Shown: positions 1-9,596 of the stretch, one piece after another
Layout: each line of letters begins with the position of its first letter
How positions within the stretch are numbered: position 1 is the stretch's first letter
Assembly: GCA_963719495.1 (NCBI GenBank)
Contig: CAVRCI010000008.1
Coordinates: forward strand, 32,001-96,000
Direction: 5' to 3'
Length of the DNA stretch: 64,000 bases
Origin: an uncultured Verrucomicrobiae bacterium
GTDB lineage: Bacteria; Verrucomicrobiota; Verrucomicrobiia; Chthoniobacterales; JAATET01
Made by a program: the position numbers and the translations under genes
The notes under the pieces: generated by a model
What the model was told of the DNA's origin: nothing
Seen by the model: the letters and a program-made list of their open reading frames with translations, nothing else
Database searches by the model: none

Positions 1-2
1 AG

Positions 3-413
3 TGGGGCGTCGAGCCGCGCCGGATTCACGACGTGCTGGCGCTCACCGGAGACAGCTCGGACAACATCCCGGGCGTCGAGGGGATCGGGCAGAAGACGGC
101 GGGGGCGTTGATCAATCAGTTTGGTTCGGTCGAAGACCTGCTCGAGCGAACGGGCGAGATCAAGAGCGACAAGGTGCGGGCGAAGGTCGAGGCGGCGGCG
201 GACCTCATCCGGCAGAACCGCGAAATGGTGCGGCTGGACCTGGACCTCGGATTGCCGGTGGCGTGCGAGGAATTGCGGATCGCGCCCGATTATCCGACGC
301 TGGTGTCGGCGGTGAGCCGGTGTGAGTTCAAGTCGTTGCTGAAGGAGGTCGAGCGGGAAGCACGGGAAGAGAAGGATCCGGGCGTCGGGGCGGTTCAGGG
401 TGAGATGTTTTGA
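3..413 (+). CDS. 5'-3' exonuclease / flap endonuclease (C-terminal part; 5' end outside window)
   Basis: H3TH motif LTGDSSDNIPGVEGIGQKTA; ORF stops at 413 with no polymerase domain, so it is a stand-alone exonuclease. Confidence 0.85.
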   Translation, partial: WGVEPRRIHDVLALTGDSSDNIPGVEGIGQKTAGALINQFGSVEDLLERTGEIKSDKVRAKVEAAADLIRQNREMVRLDLDLGLPVACEELRIAPDYPTLVSAVSRCEFKSLLKEVEREAREEKDPGVGAVQGEMF

Positions 414-501
414 CCGCAGATTACGCAGATTACGCAGATGATACCGAATGCACGGCAGATCACCTCACCCGTATCATCTGCGCAATCCGCGTAATCTGCG
501 G
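414..501. repeat. Intergenic inverted array of 9-mer repeats (CGCAGATTA)n ... (TAATCTGCG)n
   Basis: ccgcagattacgcagattacgcagat, then atctgcgcaatccgcgtaatctgcgg (near reverse complement). Confidence 0.75.
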
Positions 502-572
502 TCCAACCTCATTGAACTGATCCGAGGTGGTTTTGATTGGGCGGCGACAAGTTCTGTGGTTCAATTTTGCCA

Positions 573-1322
573 ATGTCGGAGATGTTTGAAGGTCAGGTTG
601 CGGTCGTGACGGGTGCGGGTCGGGGGATCGGGGAGGCGATTGCGAAGAGGTTCGCGGCGGGTGGTGCGAGGGTCGCGATTGTCAGCCGCACGGAGGCGAA
701 TTCGCAACGGGTCGCGGATGCGATCAACGCCGGGCGGGCCGACACGGCGAGGGCTTACGCGGTGGACGTGGCGGATTTCGACGCGGTGCAGACGGTCGGC
801 GAGGCGATTCTTGCGGACTTTGGCAGGGTGGACATTTTGGTCAATAACGCGGGGATCACGCGGGATGGTTTGGCGATGCGGATGTCGTCGGACGATTGGG
901 ACGCGGTGCTGGCGACGAATCTCAAGGGCGCTTTTAATTTTACGCGGGCGGTGTTGCGACCGCTGGTGAAGCAGCGGTCGGGGCGGATCATTAACATCAG
1001 CTCGGTGAGCGGATTGATGGGATTGGCCGGGCAGGCCAATTACGCGGCGAGCAAGGCGGGTCTCATCGGCATGACGAAGGCGATGGCGCGGGAGGTCGCG
1101 TCGCGCGGGATCACGGTGAACGTGGTGGCGCCGGGGTTCATCGAGACCGACATGACGGCGGACCTTTCGGAGGAAATCCGCAAGGGGGCGCAGGCGCAGA
1201 TTCCGCAATCGCGCTTCGGTGCGGTCGAGGACATCGCGGCGGCGGTGGCGTTTTTTGCCGGGGCGGAAGCGGCGTTCATCACCGGTCAAACGCTCGCGGT
1301 GGACGGCGGGATGTCGATGTAG
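573..1322 (+). CDS. fabG: 3-oxoacyl-ACP reductase
   Basis: TGAGRGIG, VNNAGITRD, NYAASKAG, GQTLAVDGG SDR motifs; ATG at 573 preferred. Confidence 0.92.
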   Translation: MSEMFEGQVAVVTGAGRGIGEAIAKRFAAGGARVAIVSRTEANSQRVADAINAGRADTARAYAVDVADFDAVQTVGEAILADFGRVDILVNNAGITRDGLAMRMSSDDWDAVLATNLKGAFNFTRAVLRPLVKQRSGRIINISSVSGLMGLAGQANYAASKAGLIGMTKAMAREVASRGITVNVVAPGFIETDMTADLSEEIRKGAQAQIPQSRFGAVEDIAAAVAFFAGAEAAFITGQTLAVDGGMSM

Positions 1323-1325
1323 GTC

Positions 1326-1796
1326 ATGTTGGTTTCCTTTCTGCGACACGCCGAAGCCGAGGACATTGCGACGTCCGACTTCGACCGGGCGTTGACGGCG
1401 AAGGGGCTGGAGCAGGCGGACAAGGTGGGGGTTTTTTGCGCGCGATTCGGGTTGGTGCCCGACGTGATTCTGTCGAGTCCGCTGGTGCGGGCGGAGCAGA
1501 CGGCGCGGTGCGTCGCGAAGCGGTTGGGGGGCGCGGAGGTGGTGATCGAGCGGTGGATCGCGAGCGGGATGGGGGCGGAGAATTTTTTCGAGGAGATCGC
1601 GGCTTACGCGAAGATGACGAGCGTGATCGTCGTGGGCCACGAGCCGGATCTCAGCGAGACGATCTCGGCGTCGCTGGGGGTGACGAGCGCGACGGCGATC
1701 CAGGTGCGCAAGGCTTCGCTGACGATGATCGATCTTCGCGCGGTGCGCGCGGGTGCCGGGCGGTTGCAATTTTCGATTCCGGTGCGGTTGATGTGA
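1326..1796 (+). CDS. sixA: Phosphohistidine phosphatase SixA
   Basis: LRHAEAE, DRALT, SSPLVRAEQTA, VVGHEP motifs; 156 aa. Confidence 0.85.
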   Translation: MLVSFLRHAEAEDIATSDFDRALTAKGLEQADKVGVFCARFGLVPDVILSSPLVRAEQTARCVAKRLGGAEVVIERWIASGMGAENFFEEIAAYAKMTSVIVVGHEPDLSETISASLGVTSATAIQVRKASLTMIDLRAVRAGAGRLQFSIPVRLM

Positions 1797-1818
1797 ACGT
1801 CCCGCGACTTTTTTGCTT

Positions 1819-2496
1819 ATGAAACCAAACGTCATTCATTCTCAGGACTTCGTGGCCGACGCGGTTGCGCTCATTGGACGTGCCGCCACCGAGGCGATTG
1901 CGGAGCGCGGGGAGTTCCGGCTGGCGCTGAGTGGCGGGAATACGCCGAAGCCGGTTTACGCGGCGCTCACGGAGAGCGGGATTGATTGGACGAAGGTGGT
2001 GGTGACGTTCGGCGACGAGCGGTGCGTGGCGCCGGACGACGCGGAGAGTAATTTTCGAATGGCGAGCGAGTCGCTGCTGAATCGGGTGACGATCCCGGCG
2101 GAGAACGTGCTGCGGATGGCGGGGGAACGGGATCCGGCGGACGCGGCGGCGGCCTACGAGGCGGAATTGCGGCGGCGGTCGCCGGACGGGGTTTTTCGGC
2201 ACGACTTGGTGTTGCTGGGGATGGGGCCGGATGGGCACACGGCCTCGCTGTTTCCGGGGACCGTGGCGCTGGATGAGAGCGGGCGGTGGGTGGTGGAGAA
2301 TTACGTGCCGCAGAAGGAGACTTGGCGGCTGACGTTCACGTATCCGCTGATCGACGCGGCTCGGCACGTTTGCTTCCTGGTGAACAGCGCGGGGAAGGAT
2401 GAGATTCTGGCGGAGGTGTTCAGCGGGACTTCGACGTATCCCTGCGCGGCGGTGGCACCGGGGGATGGGGTGGTGACTTGGTTGTTGGGGGCTTAG
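1819..2496 (+). CDS. pgl: 6-phosphogluconolactonase
   Basis: ALSGGNTP, FGDERCV, SNFRMA, LLGMGPDGHTASLFP. Confidence 0.92.
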   Translation: MKPNVIHSQDFVADAVALIGRAATEAIAERGEFRLALSGGNTPKPVYAALTESGIDWTKVVVTFGDERCVAPDDAESNFRMASESLLNRVTIPAENVLRMAGERDPADAAAAYEAELRRRSPDGVFRHDLVLLGMGPDGHTASLFPGTVALDESGRWVVENYVPQKETWRLTFTYPLIDAARHVCFLVNSAGKDEILAEVFSGTSTYPCAAVAPGDGVVTWLLGA

Positions 2497-2524
2497 GGTG
2501 ATGGAGTGCGGCTTCGCCGTTGGG

Positions 2525-2558
2525 TTGGGTCGGCGATTGCAAATCGCCGCTCCTTGAA
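2525..2558. repeat. REP-like palindrome family A (TCGGCGATTGCAAATCGCCGCTCCTTGA)
   Basis: CGGCGATT/AATCGCCG hairpin; near-identical copies at 9553-9586, 12705-12738, 15171-15203, interrupted copy at 24946-25024. Confidence 0.85.
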
Positions 2559-2592
2559 TCACGCCAAATCGCACGATTGACGCGACCATTGC

Positions 2593-2684
2593 TGTAGCGG
2601 CGGTCTGTGACCGCCGGTGGCCTTGCGAGGGGACGAGGTTCTTTTTTCGGGGAAGTCAGCGGCGGTCATAGACGCGCCGCTACA
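2593..2684. repeat. Inverted pair of GTAG-type REP elements
   Basis: tgtagcggcggtctgtgaccgccg ... cggcggtcatagacgcgccgctaca, between convergent genes. Confidence 0.75.
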
Positions 2685-2707
2685 ATTGCGGTCTTTGCGA
2701 AATGGGG

Positions 2708-5700
2708 TTACTTCTTTTTGCGGGTGGCGATTGTTGCTGTGGCGGCGGTTAGGAGGAGGATGAGGATGGCGTGGGTGGGGTGGGTGGTCGTTTTCGGCTC
2801 GAGGTCGAGTTCGAGGGTGAGGGGGGTGGCTTCGTTGACTTGGATGCTTCTCGTGAAGGTGATGATTTTTCCGGCTTCCGGGATGGTGACGTCGATGGCG
2901 CCGGGGGCGGGTTCGGTGGCGAGTTGTTGCTCGACGATGCGGTCGGCGATGCCGCGGAGGGCGGTGTTCTCTTCAATCGTGTTGCCCAGGAGGAGCTGGT
3001 CCATCTGCTGGGGATCGTAGCCGGTGCCGCCTTGCATGAAGGGGTTGGCGTTGGCGGCTTGCTCGAGCTGCTCGTTGCGTTCGGTGACGGTGGCGCGGTT
3101 GTCCAAGTAGAGTCGCTGGCGGCGGGTGTTGAGGCCGACGACGGCTTGCTGGGTGAGGAGGGATTTTAATTGGACGCGGGCGTCTTCGTTGGTGGCCTCG
3201 TCGAGGGCGAAATTGTTGGCGGCTTTGCCGAGGGCTTCGCCGGCTTCCTGCTGCCTCCCTTGTTCAATGAGCGTGTTCGCTTTTTCGATGAGGGCGTTGG
3301 CGCGTTTGGCTTCGTCGGTGCGGGCGCTGGTCGATTGGGTCTGGTATTTCTCGAGGCCCCAGGAGCGGGTGGCGGTTTCTTCCTGGAGGCGGAGGCCGCC
3401 TTCGTAGTCGGCGAGGTCGGTGCCGGGCGGGAGGATGACGCGCCAGGTGACGTCGACGAGGGGGACGTCGAGGTTGGGGCCGAGGAGGTCGATCTTGGAA
3501 CGCGACGAAGCGGGGACGGAGTAGACGAGGCGAACGCGGGCGGAGCGGTCGGCGTCGGAATTCGGTGAGACGCTGAGGAGGGTGGCGTCTTCGGCGCGAA
3601 CGACGGCCACGCTCTGGTCGTTGACGAAGGCGCTGAAGAGTTGGGCGTCGGGCGGGAGCTGGACGCGGAGGGAACTTTTCTCGACGACTTCGACGTCGAG
3701 TGCGACGGCGTTGAGGGTGGGGCCGAGCGGGGAGACGAGGGTGGTGAGGTCGGCCCGCGTGACGCGGAGGCGGAGGGCGTCGGCGAGGTCGTGGCGCTCG
3801 ACGCGGACCGTGAGGGGACCTTCGGGTTCGGCGACGCGGTAGCAGAGCGTCGGGATGCCGCGGTCGGTGGGGTTCTGGAGATCGGGCGGGACGGCGCTCC
3901 AATCGGCGCGTTGCCAGCCGCGCGGGACGGTGGCGGCGGCAAGTTCGACGCGACCGTCGGCGCGGACCGCCACCGTTTGGGTGACTTGCCGGGTGGCTTC
4001 GAAGGTGGGGACGCCGATGGATTCGAGGCCTTGGTCGCGGTCGGTCTGGGCCTGGAATTCGATCTGGACGTCGGTGGTGCCGATGATGCCGCGCTCGAAG
4101 CGGATCTCCCAGAGGTCGGGGGCGTCGGGGAGTTGGACGAGGTCGTTGACGGCGGGGCCGGTGGCTCGGACGGTCGCGGCCTGGGCCTCGGTGAGGCCCG
4201 GGAGGTGGAGGCGGAGGGTTTTCACGGCGGCGTTCTCGACGCGATAGGCGAGGGCCAGGCGGGTGAGGGTTTGGCCTTCGCGGAGGGTGACGTCCTGGAG
4301 GGTCTCGACGGTGACCCACGGGTCGAGGGCTTCGATGCCGAGCGTGAGGCTCCAATTTTCCTGGAGCAGGCGGAACGCGAGGGCGCCGGCGCGGGTCTCG
4401 CCGGCGGCGCGCGAGTCGAGTTGGGAGACGTTTTCGCGGTCGACTTCGCGGAGGCGGAGGCCCGGCTCGGGGACGAGGATGAGTTCGCCGGTCTGGCGGG
4501 TGGCCTCGCGGAGGAGGAGGCGCGGGACGGGCCAGGACGCTTGGGCGGCGGGGGCGGGGCCGACGAGGGTGAGGGCGAAGGCCTGGTCGCCGAGGGTGCG
4601 GCCGTTGAGTTGGAGGGTCACGACGCGGTCGGCTTGGGTCCATTGGCTGAGAGCCGGGCCGCTGATGGCTTCGACTTCGAGATCGGCGGGGAGGACGAAG
4701 CTGAGGCTGAAGAGTCCGGCGCGGGTGATCGAAACTTTCAAATCGGCGGCGAGGACGAGACGGTCGTCACCGAACGAGAAGACCTGACGGCTGACGGCGC
4801 GGACCTCGGGCGCGACCGGGGCGACGCGGAGGGTGATCTCGTCGCCCGCGGCTCCGGTGCGGAAGACGTTCTGGAGGGTGGCGAGGGGTTGGCCGTCCTT
4901 TGATTTCGGGAGGAGGGTGTCGTCGAAGTCCTGGAGGTTGACGGGGGTGGGACCCCGGACGTTTTCCGGCTGGGCTTCGCCGCCGAAAGCGAGCGCGATC
5001 ATGCCGACCTCACCCTCGGCGGCGGGGATGCGAAGCGGGGCGACCGTGAGATCGACCGGGAGGTCGGCCGTGCCACGTTGGGTCTCGACGTCGAAGGTGA
5101 AGGTGTCCGTTTGGGCCGGGGTGATCTCGACGTGGAGGCGGTGGCTGGCGGGGTCGAAGCGCCAGGCGGTGACGGGGCCGTTGGTGACGTCGCCGACGGT
5201 GAAGGCGGGCGGGACGGTGATTTCGAGGGTGGTGACCTGACCCTGGACGGGGCGGATGGTGAAGCGGCTGGTGCCGCTGACGACGCCGGGGGCGGGGACG
5301 AAGAGCTGGTCGGCTTCGACGAAGAATTCCGTCGCCTCGGCGGCGGTGTCGCGGGTGCGGGTGCGGACGTGGATGACCGGGTTGCCGCCGGGTTGGAGGA
5401 CGAGGGTCGCGCCGCTGGCGTCGGCGGGGAGGTCGGTGCGGGGTTGGACGCTCACGGCGGCGGGCGAGGTGAATTCCCAGCCGTTTTCGTCGAGGCGGAC
5501 GGTGACGCGTTGGACCGCGGCGGGGCCGGTGACGAGGGGGAGGCCCTTGGTGAGATCGGGGACGGGGAGTTCGAACGTGGCGCGGGCGGTGAAGGTGCCG
5601 TCGCGGTCGAGGGCGACGAAGTAGTCGGTTGCATCGCCGCGCGGGACCTTGGTGACACGGAGGCCTTCGGGGGCCTCGAACGCAATGAGGGTGGCGGGGG

Positions 5701-8700
5701 GACGGAGGAGGAGGAAGGTGTCCCCGGCGACGCCGCGGACCTGGAGGTCGATCTCGCCGGTGAGGCGACCGTCGGCGAGGGTCCAGGACTGGACGAGGGA
5801 TTGGGCGGGCGGCGGCTCGGCGGCGAAGGCAAACGCGGTGACGCCGAGGATGAGGATCGCGGTGGCGGCGGTGGTTGAGGGCTTGCGAATCCAGCGGAGG
5901 AGGGTGGGCAGGAGGAGGATCGCGAAGACGGCGAGGGCGAGGGCGAGAAAGAAGGCGGCGGCTCCGCCGCGCTGGATCAGGAGGCCGAAGGTGAGGAGGG
6001 CGGTGGCGGCGGGGATGATCCAGCGTCCGCGTCGGAAGATGGCGAAGCCGAAGAGGCCGAGGCCCGCGAGGGCGGAGGCGATGCCGGCGGGCGAGATCAT
6101 CGCGCGGGTCGAGGTGACGTTGCCGAGCTCGACGGTCGCGGTCTCGCCGGCCGGGATGACGGTGGCCGAGTAGGTGAGGGTGGCGCGGTTGGGCAGGCGG
6201 TCCTGGGTGGCGCGGAGGGTGAGCGCGAGGGCGGCGAGGAGGACGCCGAGGGCGACGACGAAGCCGACGATGGTGAGGGTGGTCGATCCTCCGCGGAGCA
6301 GGAAGGTGGCGGCGGCGAGGGCGGCGAGGAGGAGGAGGGCGGGGCCGGCGGCGCGGGTGGCGAGCCATTCGAAACCGGTCTCGGTGAGGACGGGGCGGGT
6401 GAGTTGAGCGGTGCCGCCGCGGGGGACGAGGAGCTGACCCGGGTCGCCGGTGACGGTCCACTCGCTGATGACGGTGGGACTCGCGGCGGCGGGGGCGGTG
6501 AGGGTGGGCGCGGCCGGATCGGCGGCGGTCTGGCCGAGGCGGAGGGTGACCTCGACGGGTTCGTTGGGGTCGAGGCGAGGGGGGAGCGGGATGAGGGTGG
6601 CGGGGCCGTCGACCTGGGCGCTGACGATCTGGCCGTCGGCGCGGGCTTCCCAGAGGTTCACCGATTCGGGGAGGACGAGCCGGAGCGCCTGGCGGCCGCG
6701 GGTTTTCACGAAGTAGCGGACGTCGGTGACGGCCTGGCCGTCGCGGGAGACGCGGGTGGTGAGGGCGGCGAAGTCGACGAGCTGATCGACGGTGTTGGCG
6801 GGGTCATACCACTCGATGGCGAGGGCGAGGTCGAAGGGGCGGGCGGTGTATTGGTAGACGGCGAGGGTGGGGGCGCTGCTGAGGAGGCGGAACTCGGTGG
6901 GGAGTTCGAGCGGTTCGAGCGGGAGGAGGGCGCCGTCGGCGGTGGTCACGTTGGATTTGACCTGGAGGGGGCTGACGACCTGGACGTAACCGCGTTCGCC
7001 CTGGACGCCGAGCGGGCGGACTTCGCCGGGGTGGATCGTGCCGCCGCGGGCGCTGAGGGGTTGTTCGAACGTGACGAGGAGGGTGGCGGCTCCGAGGACG
7101 GGTTGGTGGAGGGAGACGATGACCTCGTCGCCTTCGCGCCGCCAGTCGCGGCGGACGTTCTGGCCGATGACGTCGATGTTGCCGGCGGTGGGTGGGACGG
7201 CGATCCGCCATTCGTTGGCGGGGGCGCCGACGACGAAGTAATTGAGCAGGATGCTGGCGGAGACGGTGCCTTCGCGGAGGGAGTAGAGGTGGAAGACGTC
7301 GGCTTGGACGCTGCGGCTGAGGGCCTCGACGGCGAGGGTGGCGGTCCAGCCGGGTTCACGTTGGCGGAAGGCCTGCTGGAGGCCGGGGACCTGCTTCGGG
7401 AAGAGGCTGAGCGGCTGCTCGGCGAGGTTTTCGGTCGAGCCGGGGAGGACGCGGAAACCGGGGGTGGTGACGACGCCGAGGTGGCCGCGGACGGAGCGTG
7501 CGCCGGGGTAGCCGAGGGGCGGGAGGGTCCAGTCACCGGCGGCGGTGGGTTCGTTGCGTTCGAGGCGGAGGCGGACGAGCTGGCGGCCTTCGACGGCGGT
7601 GTCGAAAAGGATCTTGAGGACGCGGCGGCCGTCGGTGGTGTCGGTCTCGGCGACGTAATCGGCGACGCTGGCTCCGGTGGCGGCGACGACGGCGTAGTCG
7701 GCGGGGATGGTGAGGGACCATTCGCGGAGGGGGGCTTCGCGGATGTCGAGTTCGAGGTCGGCGGTGAGGACGCGGTCGGTGGGGGTCAATTCGTAGAGGA
7801 CGATCTGGGAGACGCCGACCTCGGGGAGGATCTGGTTGGCGACGATCTGGTAGGCGTAGTTGGCGGAGGGGAAGCGGTAGACGAAGACCTGGCGGGGGGT
7901 GGGTTCGAGGGCGGGGCCGGGGAACTGGGAGGGGGCGAGTTGGAGGAGGCCGGTGGTGGTGGCGATTTCGAGGCGGACGGCTCCGTCGTTGCTGACGCGG
8001 ACGGTGCCGGAATGGCGGACGCCGCCTTCGGGGGTGAGGCGGAGCGGGGCGGTGGTGACCGGGAACGTGCCGAGCGGGGACTGGCTGCGGACGACGAGGG
8101 AGCCGGTGCGCTCCATCGGGCGGCTGAGGCGGACTTCGAGGACGCGGCGGTCGCCGTCGGGGACGACCTGCCAGGCGAGGACGTTCGTGCCTTCGACGCC
8201 GAGGATCTCGCCGGGACCATCGAGGGCGAGACGGACGGCGGGGAGTTTGCCCTGGAGGACGCGGAAGTCGACGCGGGCGGTTTGGCGGAGGAGTCCGGCG
8301 CCGACCCGGACGTCGGTCTGCTCGTGGCTGGTGAACGAGAGGGCGTCGGCGCCGGTCTCGCGGGTCTGACGCCAACCGAGGGCGGCGTGGCCGTCGGCGG
8401 CGAGGAAGCCGCGGTGGGAGTCGGCGTCGGGGACGACGGCGGCTCGCGGGTCGAAGGTGACGGGGGTGGGGAGGCCTTCGATGACGAGCGGGACGATCGC
8501 GCCGGCGGGGAGGCGGAAGTCGAGGGACTTCCATTCGCCGTCGCGGACGGCGGCGGCGAAGCGGAGGTCGACGGGGAAGACGCCGGGCTGGTCGAAGACG
8601 AGGGTGAGCGTGGAGTCGGCGAGTTCGACGTGAAAGTTGTCGTTGGCGGCGGGGTCGGTGAGGGCGGCGTGGCCGCCGAGGAGGGGGAGGCGGGCGTTGG

Positions 8701-9502
8701 GTTCGCGGACGAGGGCGGCTCCGGTGAGGCGGAAATTCACGCAGCCCGCGACGGGGTCGTAGCGGCCGGTGAGTTGGGTTCCGATGAGGTCGGCGGGCGC
8801 GAGGGCGGCTCCGCGCGGGGTGAGGCGGACTTCGAGGGTGGCGGCGGTGGTGCCGGTAAATTGTTGGTCGCGGTGGGGGTCGGTGGGGGCAGGTTGGGAG
8901 GGCGGGGATTGGGATTCGGTGGTTTCGGGGAGGGGGCCGAGGGGTTGGAGTCCGTCGGCGCGGGTGGCGCGGACGTCGACGCCGGGGCCGGGGACGAGGC
9001 GGATCGTGGAGGCGAAGCCGACGGCTTCGCCGGGGGCGAGCGTGGGGAGGGTGACGGTGGAGGGGATGATTGGGTCGGCGGTGCGGAGGGTGATCGTGAC
9101 GGTGAGGGTCTCCGGGGCGGGGCCGTCTTCGGTGAGGGTGGGTCGGAGGTCGAGGTAACGGTGGCCGTCGGCGTGGCGGACGGACCAGTCGCGGAGGCCG
9201 GGGCCGGTGACGGTGGTGACTTCGCCGGTGCCGTCGAGGCCGAGGGTGAGGGTTTCGGGGCGGCCTTGGAGAACGCGGAGGGTGGCGGTGATGGTGGTGG
9301 TGATCGTGGCGGTGTCGAGGTGGGTGGTGGCCTCGGCGGTGGCGGTGAAGAAGAGCGGCGGGGCCGGGGTGACTCTTTCGGCTTCGACGATGAGGAGGCC
9401 TTCGGGGGTGGTGAGGGGGGTGAGGGGTTGGGCGGCTTGGGTGGGGGTGAGGAGGGTGGTGGTGATTAGCGTTAGGAGCGCGAGGAGGATGGTTGGTTTC
9501 AT
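2708..9502 (-). CDS. Giant (2264 aa) exported/membrane protein of unknown function with repeated beta-rich modules
   Basis: N-terminal signal peptide; hydrophobic helix cluster at about aa 1050-1230; hydrophobic C-terminal anchor ending TRKKK; recurring ~170-aa modules. Confidence 0.85.
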   Translation of the reverse strand: MKPTILLALLTLITTTLLTPTQAAQPLTPLTTPEGLLIVEAERVTPAPPLFFTATAEATTHLDTATITTTITATLRVLQGRPETLTLGLDGTGEVTTVTGPGLRDWSVRHADGHRYLDLRPTLTEDGPAPETLTVTITLRTADPIIPSTVTLPTLAPGEAVGFASTIRLVPGPGVDVRATRADGLQPLGPLPETTESQSPPSQPAPTDPHRDQQFTGTTAATLEVRLTPRGAALAPADLIGTQLTGRYDPVAGCVNFRLTGAALVREPNARLPLLGGHAALTDPAANDNFHVELADSTLTLVFDQPGVFPVDLRFAAAVRDGEWKSLDFRLPAGAIVPLVIEGLPTPVTFDPRAAVVPDADSHRGFLAADGHAALGWRQTRETGADALSFTSHEQTDVRVGAGLLRQTARVDFRVLQGKLPAVRLALDGPGEILGVEGTNVLAWQVVPDGDRRVLEVRLSRPMERTGSLVVRSQSPLGTFPVTTAPLRLTPEGGVRHSGTVRVSNDGAVRLEIATTTGLLQLAPSQFPGPALEPTPRQVFVYRFPSANYAYQIVANQILPEVGVSQIVLYELTPTDRVLTADLELDIREAPLREWSLTIPADYAVVAATGASVADYVAETDTTDGRRVLKILFDTAVEGRQLVRLRLERNEPTAAGDWTLPPLGYPGARSVRGHLGVVTTPGFRVLPGSTENLAEQPLSLFPKQVPGLQQAFRQREPGWTATLAVEALSRSVQADVFHLYSLREGTVSASILLNYFVVGAPANEWRIAVPPTAGNIDVIGQNVRRDWRREGDEVIVSLHQPVLGAATLLVTFEQPLSARGGTIHPGEVRPLGVQGERGYVQVVSPLQVKSNVTTADGALLPLEPLELPTEFRLLSSAPTLAVYQYTARPFDLALAIEWYDPANTVDQLVDFAALTTRVSRDGQAVTDVRYFVKTRGRQALRLVLPESVNLWEARADGQIVSAQVDGPATLIPLPPRLDPNEPVEVTLRLGQTAADPAAPTLTAPAAASPTVISEWTVTGDPGQLLVPRGGTAQLTRPVLTETGFEWLATRAAGPALLLLAALAAATFLLRGGSTTLTIVGFVVALGVLLAALALTLRATQDRLPNRATLTYSATVIPAGETATVELGNVTSTRAMISPAGIASALAGLGLFGFAIFRRGRWIIPAATALLTFGLLIQRGGAAAFFLALALAVFAILLLPTLLRWIRKPSTTAATAILILGVTAFAFAAEPPPAQSLVQSWTLADGRLTGEIDLQVRGVAGDTFLLLRPPATLIAFEAPEGLRVTKVPRGDATDYFVALDRDGTFTARATFELPVPDLTKGLPLVTGPAAVQRVTVRLDENGWEFTSPAAVSVQPRTDLPADASGATLVLQPGGNPVIHVRTRTRDTAAEATEFFVEADQLFVPAPGVVSGTSRFTIRPVQGQVTTLEITVPPAFTVGDVTNGPVTAWRFDPASHRLHVEITPAQTDTFTFDVETQRGTADLPVDLTVAPLRIPAAEGEVGMIALAFGGEAQPENVRGPTPVNLQDFDDTLLPKSKDGQPLATLQNVFRTGAAGDEITLRVAPVAPEVRAVSRQVFSFGDDRLVLAADLKVSITRAGLFSLSFVLPADLEVEAISGPALSQWTQADRVVTLQLNGRTLGDQAFALTLVGPAPAAQASWPVPRLLLREATRQTGELILVPEPGLRLREVDRENVSQLDSRAAGETRAGALAFRLLQENWSLTLGIEALDPWVTVETLQDVTLREGQTLTRLALAYRVENAAVKTLRLHLPGLTEAQAATVRATGPAVNDLVQLPDAPDLWEIRFERGIIGTTDVQIEFQAQTDRDQGLESIGVPTFEATRQVTQTVAVRADGRVELAAATVPRGWQRADWSAVPPDLQNPTDRGIPTLCYRVAEPEGPLTVRVERHDLADALRLRVTRADLTTLVSPLGPTLNAVALDVEVVEKSSLRVQLPPDAQLFSAFVNDQSVAVVRAEDATLLSVSPNSDADRSARVRLVYSVPASSRSKIDLLGPNLDVPLVDVTWRVILPPGTDLADYEGGLRLQEETATRSWGLEKYQTQSTSARTDEAKRANALIEKANTLIEQGRQQEAGEALGKAANNFALDEATNEDARVQLKSLLTQQAVVGLNTRRQRLYLDNRATVTERNEQLEQAANANPFMQGGTGYDPQQMDQLLLGNTIEENTALRGIADRIVEQQLATEPAPGAIDVTIPEAGKIITFTRSIQVNEATPLTLELDLEPKTTTHPTHAILILLLTAATATIATRKKK

Positions 9503-9552
9503 GGGTTGGCGGGCGGTTTTCGTTTGGAAATGTCCGGCGGGGCCGGATTGGG

Positions 9553-9586
9553 TTGGGTCGGCGATTGCAAATCGCCGCTCCTTGAA
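9553..9586. repeat. REP-like palindrome family A copy
   Basis: Identical core to 2525-2558. Confidence 0.85.
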
Positions 9587-9596
9587 GCTGGGTCGG

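Noticed and set aside
573..1322. fabG as part of the PKS system
   Set aside because: 45 kb away, canonical housekeeping sequence and context
6404..9469. 1021-aa + strand ORF and similar long antisense ORFs (e.g. 44397-47426, 52994-55126, 57904-60198, 18509-20311)
   Set aside because: Shadow frames of well-supported opposite-strand genes in high-GC DNA; low complexity and no motifs
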